Shown here piece by piece: positions 28,937-37,899 of a stretch of DNA of 64,000 nucleotides. Both the position numbers and the translations under genes were made by a program. The stretch is from Bacilli bacterium (GTDB lineage Bacteria > Bacillota_I > Bacilli_A > RFN20 > CAG-826), in contig JAZRYE010000011.1 of the NCBI GenBank assembly GCA_045600585.1, positions 10,981 through 74,980 of the forward strand, given 5' to 3'. Each line of letters opens with the position of its first letter. Position 1 is the first letter of the stretch. Under the pieces are notes generated by a model. That model ran no database searches. It had not been told where the DNA came from and saw nothing but the letters and a program-made list of their open reading frames with translations.

Positions 28937-30823
28937 ATGACTAAAAAAACTATTATCGCTTCTACATGTATTGCTTCTTTAACTCTAGGCGCTATAGCAT
29001 TTACTTTTGCTAGAGCACAATCATTCAATTCTGCATTAGGTAATGATGCAGAATATCAAATCACTTTAGATAACACTAATGCACCTCAAGCAAATGAATA
29101 TTCTAAGGTAGTTAAAACTGCACAAGGTAATGACTTTACAGTTAGCTACACAGGCTCACATTCATTAAATTCTTCTTATCACACAGTATTAGGTAGTGGT
29201 GCTTCTATTTGGAATAACGTAAAACCAATTAGCCACTTACAATCTATTACTGTTGATATCGATGGTGGTTCATTAGTTGTTAAAGGTGGTCAAACATCTA
29301 ATAATTTATACGAATCTTATACACTTTCTGATGATGGGGTTGTTAACTTCACTGATGATGTTAACTACTTCAAACTCGAAGCTACTTCACAAACTAAAGT
29401 TGTTAAGCTCATCTTAAGATACACAGATGACTGTGCTACTGGTGGTACTGAAAGTGCTAAGACAATTTCTTTGGAAGGTGTTCCAACAACATTAGAAGTT
29501 GGTAAGAATTCTGTTATCACACCTTCTACAAACTCAAAAGGCTCTATTGAAGTTGTCTCAACTGATCCAACAGTTGCTTCTATTACAAAAACAACTGGTA
29601 AATCAGGTACTACTTATAAAGTTAATGCTTTAAAAGAAGGTACATGTAAGATTTATGCAACAACATCTAATGGCTTAAAGAGTGATGAAGTTGCATTAAA
29701 AGTTATTTCTGTTGGTTTACCTGCAAATACTGTCGGTAAAACATATAGAGCTACTTCTGAAAATGAATTCTTCAAATATGGCTATATTACAATCAATAGC
29801 GCTACAACTCTTACATATAAATATGAAACCTTTACAACAACTGGTACATTTGATGAAACAGCTGATAATCAACGTATCTTCTATATGGATGATGGCGTTT
29901 CATATTTAAAAATTACTCCATCTTCTAATGGTGAATCGTTAGATGTATTCGGTGAGATCTATGATGATTCTTACGAATTATTAAATAGATACGGCAACAT
30001 TTATACTCGTACTGGTACAGACTTCAATAAATATGTAAAAGTTACATCATTAGCATTAAATAAAACTTCTACAGTATTAGAAGTAAATGGACAAGAAACA
30101 TTAACTGCTACAGTAAGTAGTGGTGCAACAAATCCAGAATTAGAATGGAAATCTTCTAATCCAACAATTGTAAGTGTTGAAGATGCAAATTCAAAAACAA
30201 GAACAATCAAAGCTCTTGCTGCTGGTACAGCAACAATTACAGTTAAAGATCTTGATAGTGGATTAACTGCAACATGTACTGTTACTGTTAATGCACCTAT
30301 TTCTGTAACTGACTTTACAATTACTGGTAGTAACAAAGTTAAAGTTGGTCAAACAACTACATTAAATGTTAATGTCATTCCTAGTGGTGCTAAATATAGC
30401 TCATTAGTTTGGGCTAGTGATAATACTTCTATCGCATCTGTTAACTCCAATGGTGTTGTAACTGGTGTTAAAGCTGGTACAACAAGCATTAAAGCTACAA
30501 TCAATGGAACAATTACAAAAACATTTGCTATTACAGTTGAAGCTGATAGTGATGCTATCCCAGCATATTTACAAGGCGAGCACTGGGATGCATATGATAC
30601 TGGTATCTTAGTTACAGTTGGTCCTGATTACATCACAATTGCTTTTGATGAAGAAGGATATGAAGAAACATTTGATTTAGTTTCGCGTGACGGTGATACA
30701 TTCTATTTCGAAAATGATATTGTTATGGAATTAGCAACATCATTTATTGAAATAAGTGGCTTTGCAGCAATTGATGAAATTTATTACTACATTTTCGAAG
30801 ATACTTGGCCATTCAATTATTAA
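28937..30823 (+). CDS. Secreted protein with conserved N-terminal domain and three Ig-like (Big_2) domains
   Basis: Signal peptide ending in ARA, no lipobox; STDPTVASI, WKSSNPTIVSV, WASDNTSIASV...GVVTG motifs. Confidence 0.82.
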   Translation: MTKKTIIASTCIASLTLGAIAFTFARAQSFNSALGNDAEYQITLDNTNAPQANEYSKVVKTAQGNDFTVSYTGSHSLNSSYHTVLGSGASIWNNVKPISHLQSITVDIDGGSLVVKGGQTSNNLYESYTLSDDGVVNFTDDVNYFKLEATSQTKVVKLILRYTDDCATGGTESAKTISLEGVPTTLEVGKNSVITPSTNSKGSIEVVSTDPTVASITKTTGKSGTTYKVNALKEGTCKIYATTSNGLKSDEVALKVISVGLPANTVGKTYRATSENEFFKYGYITINSATTLTYKYETFTTTGTFDETADNQRIFYMDDGVSYLKITPSSNGESLDVFGEIYDDSYELLNRYGNIYTRTGTDFNKYVKVTSLALNKTSTVLEVNGQETLTATVSSGATNPELEWKSSNPTIVSVEDANSKTRTIKALAAGTATITVKDLDSGLTATCTVTVNAPISVTDFTITGSNKVKVGQTTTLNVNVIPSGAKYSSLVWASDNTSIASVNSNGVVTGVKAGTTSIKATINGTITKTFAITVEADSDAIPAYLQGEHWDAYDTGILVTVGPDYITIAFDEEGYEETFDLVSRDGDTFYFENDIVMELATSFIEISGFAAIDEIYYYIFEDTWPFNY

Positions 30824-30858
30824 AAATTATTCAAGTTGGAGCGATATGCTCCTCCTTG

Positions 30859-30889
30859 ATTAAGTAGCTCAAAATTTGAGCTACTTAAT
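30859..30889. repeat. Perfect 15-bp inverted repeat (intergenic hairpin without U-tract)
   Basis: ATTAAGTAGCTCAAA-a-TTTGAGCTACTTAAT. Confidence 0.9.
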
Positions 30890-30901
30890 GAGGGATTAAT
30901 T

Positions 30902-31747
30902 ATGAAAAAATCTTTATTATTAACATTATCTTGTGCAACTTTATTACTTACTGGCTGTAACGGCAAAGAACCAAAAGAAGTTATTCCATCCACTAAATGG
31001 GGTGAAGAAATTGATGCTTTTGTATATCGTGAAATGGGTAAAACCTCTTTACCATATATGGATAACGATGGATTTGAATATGAAATTACAAAAGATGATT
31101 TTGGTGATCCATTATTATGCATCTATTGTTTCTATGAAACAGATCAAATCGCATTAGATGCAGAATCATTCTATTTTGATTACTGTGGTTCACTTGGTTA
31201 TACAATGGATTATGGTGAATCATGGGGATATGATCAAACAACATACGAGTATTATTCATATAATGTTTGCTATGCAGATAAATTAGTTGAAGATAACTTA
31301 GGTGTTGAAATTCAATTCTTAACATCAACATATAAAAATAAACCAACATTAGGTATCTTTGTTTATACATATATCTATGAAGTGCCAACTGTTTATCCAC
31401 AAGTAGCGGTTGATCACTATTTAGGTGAATATGCAAAACAAGTTCCTGCATTTACTGGTGACGGTTATGTCTATGACTTCTATTTTGATATTGACTATAC
31501 TGGCGCTACATATTTAGAAATCATGATTGATAATACTGATTTTGAAGATGAAGAAAAATACTTCAATTTAATGTTGGGTGCTGGATTTATCATGACAGAT
31601 AGTTCTCAAGACTATAGACTTGATGAATATCCAGGATATGCGGCATACGATTATTACTACGCAATTGATCCTAACTTTAAATTTGGCATCGCATTCAATT
31701 TCGATTACGATTACAACATTTTCGATATTCAAATTTTCTTAGCATAA
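30902..31747 (+). CDS. Very acidic, Tyr-rich lipoprotein, probable distant paralogue of 26049..27215
   Basis: Lipobox LTGC; repeats YFDYCGSLGY / YFNLMLGAGF and YP..AV..YLG....VP. Confidence 0.78.
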   Translation: MKKSLLLTLSCATLLLTGCNGKEPKEVIPSTKWGEEIDAFVYREMGKTSLPYMDNDGFEYEITKDDFGDPLLCIYCFYETDQIALDAESFYFDYCGSLGYTMDYGESWGYDQTTYEYYSYNVCYADKLVEDNLGVEIQFLTSTYKNKPTLGIFVYTYIYEVPTVYPQVAVDHYLGEYAKQVPAFTGDGYVYDFYFDIDYTGATYLEIMIDNTDFEDEEKYFNLMLGAGFIMTDSSQDYRLDEYPGYAAYDYYYAIDPNFKFGIAFNFDYDYNIFDIQIFLA

Positions 31748-31748
31748 A

Positions 31749-34079
31749 ATGAAGAAAAAGATAATACCAATTACATTATTAACATTATTTTTAGTAGCAG
31801 GATGCACTCATGGTGTATCCTCTTCTTCTAATGTGCCTTCAAGTAGTGATTATTCTAGTGAAGACATAAGCTCATCAGAAGATACAAGCGAAGAATCAAG
31901 TGAAAGTGGTATAGCTGTTTCTTTAAATTACGAAAGCTATTCTCTTGCTGTTAACGAAGATTTTAAATTAACTGCAACTGTTACTGGAACTGATGTCACA
32001 AAAGTTACTTGGTCAACAACTAACGAAAATATTGCTTACATTAGTAAATATGGAGTTGTTTATGGATTAGGTGATGGAACAGCAACTATTACAGCAACAT
32101 CCACAATAGATAAGAATGCTTATGCCAGTTGTGAAGTAACCGTTAACGCTATCCCGGTTGAAGGAATTACTTTAGATATTACAAGTAAGGAATTAGAAGC
32201 AAATGAATCATTTGTTATAACTCCAACAGTATCACCTAGTGGAGCATCTTATAAAGGTGTAGTTTTCTCTAGTGAGAGTGAAGAAGTAGCTACAGTTGAT
32301 AAAGATGGAAAAATAACAGCTATATCAGTTGGTGAAACAAATATTGTTGCCACAAGTGCGAGATATTCAAATATCTTTGCTAAGTGCCATATCAAAGTTA
32401 ATCCAACAGCCTTAGAAAGCATTAAATTAGCCAAGAAGAGCGCGGAATTACATATTAATGATACATTTAGTTTAGTTACTAGATTTTCGCCTACAAAGGC
32501 CACAAATAAAAATGTTACTTATTTAAGTAGTGATACATCTATTGCTACTGTTACAAATAAAGGTGTAGTTACTGCAATTGGATTAGGTACAACAACTATT
32601 ACAGTTAGAAGTGAGGAAGGTGGATTTACCGATACTTTTACTGTCACAGTTAAAGATAATAATGGAATTATCAAATCATCATTGCCTTACGATTATAGAG
32701 ATTATACAACTAATAATTTATATAACTTAGATTCCACTCCAAATGATTCTGCAAATTTATTAATTGTTCCTGTTTGGTTTACTGATTCCTCTAACTACAT
32801 TAAGAACAAAGATATGGTAAGAAATGATATTGAAAAAGCATATCTTGGTACGAATGAAGAAACTGGTTGGAGAAGTGTTAAAACATATTATGAAGAAGAA
32901 TCAGGTGGTAACTTATCGCTCAACGGTGTTGTTACTGATTGGTATGAACCAGGATTACCTGCATCTACTTATGGTGATAAATATGATGGCATGAGTGCAA
33001 CTATTGATTTAGTTAGAGAAGTTTGTGAATGGTATAAAAGAGAAAATAATTTAAGTTCATTATCTAATTTTGATGCAGATGGAAATGGCTATCTAGACGG
33101 CGTTATTGTCATTTATGGTGCGCCTGATCATCAAGCAGGTAGAAGTAATTATGATAATTTGTGGGCATATACATATTGGATGCAAGGTAGATCCTATAAC
33201 AGTGTGACTGATCCAGGACCAAACGTCTTCTTCTGGGCAAGCTATGACTTTATGTATGGAACAAATAAATCAATTTATACAAAATATTATGGTGGTGATA
33301 CATCTAACTGTAATGTTGATGCTCATACATTTATTCATGAAGCTGGACATATGTTTGGCTTATCAGATTATTATGACTATGGTCCTACAGGCAATAAACC
33401 AGCTTCAGGATTCTCTATGCAAGATTATAATGTCGGTAGTCATGACCCATATTCCATTATGGCTTTAGGCTGGGCAAATCCATATGTTGTTACTGATAAT
33501 CAAACATTAACAATTGGCACTTTCCAAGAAACCAAAGATTTAATTCTTGTCACTCCAGAATTCCATAATTCTCCATTTGATGAATATATTCTTTTAGAAT
33601 TATATTCTCCAACAGGATTGAACCAATTTGATGCCGCTCATACATATCGTACAAGTTATCCAAAAGGACCAAGTAAAGTTGGTGTTCGTATGTGGCATGT
33701 TGACGCTAGACTTTTATATGGTAATAGCTATAGCGAAATTCATAGTGGTAACTACATAACAACTAACCCTTGTATCGAAGGATATAAAGTTACACATATG
33801 ATGAGTAACTCATATGGTGAACGTGGTAGTGATTTAGGTCCAGAATATGATAAATACAATATTCTCGAACTCATTCGAAATGATGTTAATGAAACATATA
33901 ACTCAAAGAATGTATTTGCTGCGGATGATTTATTCTTAGAAGGTGATGTATTCACTTTGAATAAATATATAAAGCAATTTGCTAATAATGGAAAACTTAA
34001 TAGTGGTACTCCATTTACATTCACAATTAGTTTTGTTTCTATGACAAATGACTCTGTAACTATAACAATTACCAAATAA
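31749..34079 (+). CDS. Lipoprotein zinc metalloprotease (M6 / immune inhibitor A-like) with three Big_2 domains
   Basis: Lipobox VAGC; three Ig repeats; SVKTYYEEESGG, FDADGNGYLDG, zinc motif HEAGHMFGLSDYYD, EYILLE, WHVD. Confidence 0.88.
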   Translation: MKKKIIPITLLTLFLVAGCTHGVSSSSNVPSSSDYSSEDISSSEDTSEESSESGIAVSLNYESYSLAVNEDFKLTATVTGTDVTKVTWSTTNENIAYISKYGVVYGLGDGTATITATSTIDKNAYASCEVTVNAIPVEGITLDITSKELEANESFVITPTVSPSGASYKGVVFSSESEEVATVDKDGKITAISVGETNIVATSARYSNIFAKCHIKVNPTALESIKLAKKSAELHINDTFSLVTRFSPTKATNKNVTYLSSDTSIATVTNKGVVTAIGLGTTTITVRSEEGGFTDTFTVTVKDNNGIIKSSLPYDYRDYTTNNLYNLDSTPNDSANLLIVPVWFTDSSNYIKNKDMVRNDIEKAYLGTNEETGWRSVKTYYEEESGGNLSLNGVVTDWYEPGLPASTYGDKYDGMSATIDLVREVCEWYKRENNLSSLSNFDADGNGYLDGVIVIYGAPDHQAGRSNYDNLWAYTYWMQGRSYNSVTDPGPNVFFWASYDFMYGTNKSIYTKYYGGDTSNCNVDAHTFIHEAGHMFGLSDYYDYGPTGNKPASGFSMQDYNVGSHDPYSIMALGWANPYVVTDNQTLTIGTFQETKDLILVTPEFHNSPFDEYILLELYSPTGLNQFDAAHTYRTSYPKGPSKVGVRMWHVDARLLYGNSYSEIHSGNYITTNPCIEGYKVTHMMSNSYGERGSDLGPEYDKYNILELIRNDVNETYNSKNVFAADDLFLEGDVFTLNKYIKQFANNGKLNSGTPFTFTISFVSMTNDSVTITITK

Positions 34080-34088
34080 CTCCATCTA

Positions 34089-34158
34089 GTAATATGCTCC
34101 CACCACTTAAATGAATATTTTGAAGTGGGGGCTTCTCGCTCAAGAGATCTTATGATCT
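34089..34158 (-). mobile_element. Orphan right-end / omega-RNA 3' scaffold remnant of an IS200/IS605-type (tnpB) element
   Basis: Minus strand reads AGATCATAAGATCTCTTGAGCGAGAAGCCCCCACTTCAAAATATTCATTTAAGTGGTGGGAGCATATTAC; the GAAGCCCCCACTT...AAGTGGTGGG hairpin matches my recollection of Firmicute IS605/IS1341 right ends; no tnpA or tnpB nearby. Confidence 0.6.
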
Positions 34159-34247
34159 GACAAATAGTCAAGGAAATGGACACAAAACGAAAAATGTGGA
34201 AAAATCCGTTGGAAAAAATTCGCCTGGACTAAAAGAACTTTGACACA
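34158..34247. mobile_element. Possible IS3-family-like terminal inverted-repeat relics (two, same orientation)
   Basis: TGACAAATAGTCAAGGAAATGGACAC (34158-34183) and TGGACTAAAAGAACTTTGACAC (34225-34246) resemble TG...GACAC IS ends; no transposase. Confidence 0.35.
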
Positions 34248-34464
34248 TTTTTTGAATAATTTTCATTTCTCTTATAAATTAAGTTCGGCGTACTTGCGTT
34301 CACTAATTCAAAATGTATATTTATGTCATTTATTTTTATACGTTTTGATTAAAGATGCTTCCAGAAATCTATTCAACCTCAAAGATTGACGCTGTATTTT
34401 TGTAAATATTTACATATTTATATTTTTGTCGTAAAATTTATATTCAAATAAGGAGGTCTATCCA

Positions 34465-35253
34465 ATGAAACTAAAAAGATTGGGCCTAATATTGTTCTTA
34501 TCAACTATGTTACTTGGCGCTTGCGGAAATAAAGAAAGTAGCAGTGCTACTACTGAAGAAACATCAATATATACCACATCTCTTCCAGAAGAAGATCAAA
34601 TTCAAAAAGGTGGTAGTTATAGTGGCTACTTTATTGAACTAGCTATGAATCGTCGATTCGCAGAAAACACTGAATACGAATTCCGCTTTGAATCAAATTG
34701 TTCAGCAGGTAAAGCATTTAGAGTTAAATCGTCTCGTGAAGAATCTGTAACTGTTGTTGGAGATACAACAAAGAGTTCCTCCTTCAAATTAGCTTGTCAT
34801 GAAGCTGGTGATAGCGTGATTACAATCTATAACGCTCAAGACATTCTCGTATATCGACATGTCTTAATGGTTAGAAAAGCTTATACTCAAGAAACAATTG
34901 GTAAAGCAATGTATGATGTTGATTATTTCAAATCATGGTCATATATGGGTGAATGGAAGATTACCATCACTGATTCAAAAACTCCTTTTGCTGGAGTATT
35001 AAGAGGCGGAGATGATTTCGAACAAAATATCGAAACAGAATTCACATTAAACTATGAAGGATATTATTCATCAGTTGATTGCTATTCATTCTCAGTCAAT
35101 ACAACGAAAACAAATAGTGAAACACATCTAACTTATTTAAATGTCACAAGATGCTGCGACACTATGTACTTATATTATTTAACTGGTGGAGAAGAACATC
35201 TTCTTGCCATCCTCTATCCAAATGATATTTACGATTCACTTGGATTAGATTAA
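34465..35253 (+). CDS. Lipoprotein of unknown function
   Basis: AAGGAGG RBS; lipobox LGAC. Confidence 0.8.
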   Translation: MKLKRLGLILFLSTMLLGACGNKESSSATTEETSIYTTSLPEEDQIQKGGSYSGYFIELAMNRRFAENTEYEFRFESNCSAGKAFRVKSSREESVTVVGDTTKSSSFKLACHEAGDSVITIYNAQDILVYRHVLMVRKAYTQETIGKAMYDVDYFKSWSYMGEWKITITDSKTPFAGVLRGGDDFEQNIETEFTLNYEGYYSSVDCYSFSVNTTKTNSETHLTYLNVTRCCDTMYLYYLTGGEEHLLAILYPNDIYDSLGLD

Positions 35254-35281
35254 TTTCTCAAATGAAAGGAAATAACAAATT

Positions 35282-37894
35282 ATGAAAAAGACACCAAAAT
35301 TATTATTAGTGCTTGCTGCTTCAACAATGGTTCTTGCTGCTTGTGGTGGTAAAGAAGGTAATTCTTCTAGCGACGATTCTTCTGCAACAAGTGAAGTTAT
35401 TGAAGAACAATATCGTGTATTAGTTACTTGCCCAAATGGCATTGAATATCAAATCTCACACGAATACGCAAAAAAGGGTGAAGAGATTACATTAACAATT
35501 ACAAACATTGCTGGTGGATATTCAATTTCATCAGTCACAATGAACAACAGAGCTCTTCAAGCTGAAGGCGATAATGTATATAAATTCAATATGCCTAATC
35601 AATCAGCTTCAATTGTTATTAGAGCGGCTATTTCAGGTGATGTTGTTATCAATGGTGATTTCACTGCTAAACTTGAAAAAGAAGGTAACATCTATGTTGC
35701 TAGAAACGTTAAAGTTGAAACTTCTGGCTTAGCATATTTCTCTTACGAAGTTAAAGGTAGCAATGATGAAGTTACTAAATTAGATGTATTAGACTTTGAT
35801 GAATCAAGATCATTCGGTGATATCCATATTGGTAATAAAACATATGCTTTAGCGGTTATGGGTGGTTCAACATATGATTTCTATTTTGATCCAGCTTCTT
35901 CTGAAGCACCTTGCTATATCCAAAGAGTTAAAGTTGATAACTTACCAGAATCTGTATCTGCTTTATCTTCTGTTCTCATCACTTCTTATTCAGTTAGAAG
36001 CGAACCAGCAGTTTATAAAAATAACTATGTTGGAGCGCATTACAAAGTATTAGATAGATCAACATCTGATGTCATTGCTCAAGAATATGACTGGAAGTTA
36101 TATGAAAATGAATCATTTGCAACAGTTACTGATACTTTAGATCCTGACGCTGATGAAATGTATGTCTATAAGAAAAAAGACATGACTAATAATCTTTATA
36201 CAGTTGTCGATACCTATGCAAGAAACATGGGTAAGAAAATGCAAAACGATGATAGATATAGAGAAGAATACAATGGCTTTGGAGCTTATTCTGGTGTTTG
36301 GAACATTATGGAAGGTGATGATTATGAATTCCGTTTCTCTAAAAACACAAGAAATGTAGATAGAAACATTAGAACATCATCACATATGCCAGCATACTTC
36401 ATTGAAAGAGATATTATGTATGCCTATAGAGTTGGCTATACAGCAGATGAAATGACATCAAGTAATGTCAGCATTGCATCTGAAGCAACTGCTAACGGAT
36501 TCAATACAAAGATCAATTCTTATATCGAATACAATTCTCAATCAGGCACATATACAAAAGAAATGAAAGAAGCTTATGTCTTTGCAGTTGACATGGACTT
36601 CGATGTCTCTGGTGCATTAACAACATTATCTTATACAAAGACAGTATTCAATACAGAAAATCAATGGGACTTCACAGCTCATAAACCAGTTACTGGTGTT
36701 AAAGGTAATAAAGTTGTTACTATTGCTGCTGAATATACATACGGCAATAGATATGAAGGACATCCAGATTTCGATGTCACTCCATATTTCATCTCTTCAT
36801 TTGATAACGTTCAACTTTACAACCCTGCTACAGGTAAAGATAAGAGTGATGGCAAATCATATGTATCATTAGGTGATAATGTTTCTCTTACTAATACAGA
36901 TGGAACAACTCCTAAGAATGTTGCTAAATGCGAATTTACTCCTGCTACAGCATTAGACTTATGGGAATACGCTCCTACAGCATCAACTGATAATGGAGTT
37001 ATCACTAATGAATTCTCACCAGTTTATGGTAGCTGCACATATAACCAAATGAACGCTGTTAACATTGGCAAATCAACAGTTACATTTACTAACCACGTTC
37101 CTGGAACAGGCACAACATATAACTTAGATGTTGAAGTTATTTCTACTCAAGGTGTCTGGAATTTCAATCTTGTTAACGCTAAAGGATGTAATTCCGTTGA
37201 AACAGCAACTGCTGCAAATATTAGAGCAGGTGCTACTGCTAAGTTCTGCATCTCTCAACACAGAAAAGATTCTCCAAGAATGTATCATGCTGTTTCTTCT
37301 AATCCTACTTTATTAAAAGTTGTTTCTTCTGATAATGCTCAATACTTAGAATTAGATGCTAAAGGCGCATTAGATATTACCGAACCAGTAGTTGTTACAG
37401 TAACAATGGAATCTAGCTATTACGATACAACAAGCAAACCAACAGTATTCACATTTACAATCATCCCACACGATGTTAACCCATTAGGTAGTTGGTCTGC
37501 TTTATATACTCAATATTTCCCAAATACACATATCATATTCACAGACGAAGATTATAACGGTATTGAGGGTGCTAAAAAAGGCTATATTGAAGATGAAATC
37601 TATACAGAAGAAGGTTCTACAGGTGTCATTGATAAATATTACTTCTATTGGACATTTAAAGATTATGAATTAAATGCTGCTTTATATGCAGTTGATATCA
37701 AATCCTATAGCGGTTATTCAGCAAGTGACTTCGTATTATACTTCTATTATCAATCATCAACTGGATATTATGGCGTATTCTTATCTGCTTATTCATATGA
37801 TGATGAATTTGAATTAAATTACGACTACATTATCTTAGGTGGATTTGCTGCTGATCGTGGCACTGAAACATACACTCCATTTGTAAAAGACTAA
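35282..37894 (+). CDS. Large lipoprotein with an N-terminal divergent InlB B-like module
   Basis: Lipobox LAAC; AKKGEEITL...YKFNMPNQSASI similar to the repeats of 17897..19477. Confidence 0.8.
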   Translation: MKKTPKLLLVLAASTMVLAACGGKEGNSSSDDSSATSEVIEEQYRVLVTCPNGIEYQISHEYAKKGEEITLTITNIAGGYSISSVTMNNRALQAEGDNVYKFNMPNQSASIVIRAAISGDVVINGDFTAKLEKEGNIYVARNVKVETSGLAYFSYEVKGSNDEVTKLDVLDFDESRSFGDIHIGNKTYALAVMGGSTYDFYFDPASSEAPCYIQRVKVDNLPESVSALSSVLITSYSVRSEPAVYKNNYVGAHYKVLDRSTSDVIAQEYDWKLYENESFATVTDTLDPDADEMYVYKKKDMTNNLYTVVDTYARNMGKKMQNDDRYREEYNGFGAYSGVWNIMEGDDYEFRFSKNTRNVDRNIRTSSHMPAYFIERDIMYAYRVGYTADEMTSSNVSIASEATANGFNTKINSYIEYNSQSGTYTKEMKEAYVFAVDMDFDVSGALTTLSYTKTVFNTENQWDFTAHKPVTGVKGNKVVTIAAEYTYGNRYEGHPDFDVTPYFISSFDNVQLYNPATGKDKSDGKSYVSLGDNVSLTNTDGTTPKNVAKCEFTPATALDLWEYAPTASTDNGVITNEFSPVYGSCTYNQMNAVNIGKSTVTFTNHVPGTGTTYNLDVEVISTQGVWNFNLVNAKGCNSVETATAANIRAGATAKFCISQHRKDSPRMYHAVSSNPTLLKVVSSDNAQYLELDAKGALDITEPVVVTVTMESSYYDTTSKPTVFTFTIIPHDVNPLGSWSALYTQYFPNTHIIFTDEDYNGIEGAKKGYIEDEIYTEEGSTGVIDKYYFYWTFKDYELNAALYAVDIKSYSGYSASDFVLYFYYQSSTGYYGVFLSAYSYDDEFELNYDYIILGGFAADRGTETYTPFVKD

Positions 37895-37899
37895 TAATC

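Noticed and set aside
33752-34183. 143-aa minus-strand ORF as a transposase or TnpB fragment
   Set aside because: Mostly antisense shadow of the protease gene; no RuvC, zinc-finger or DDE motifs
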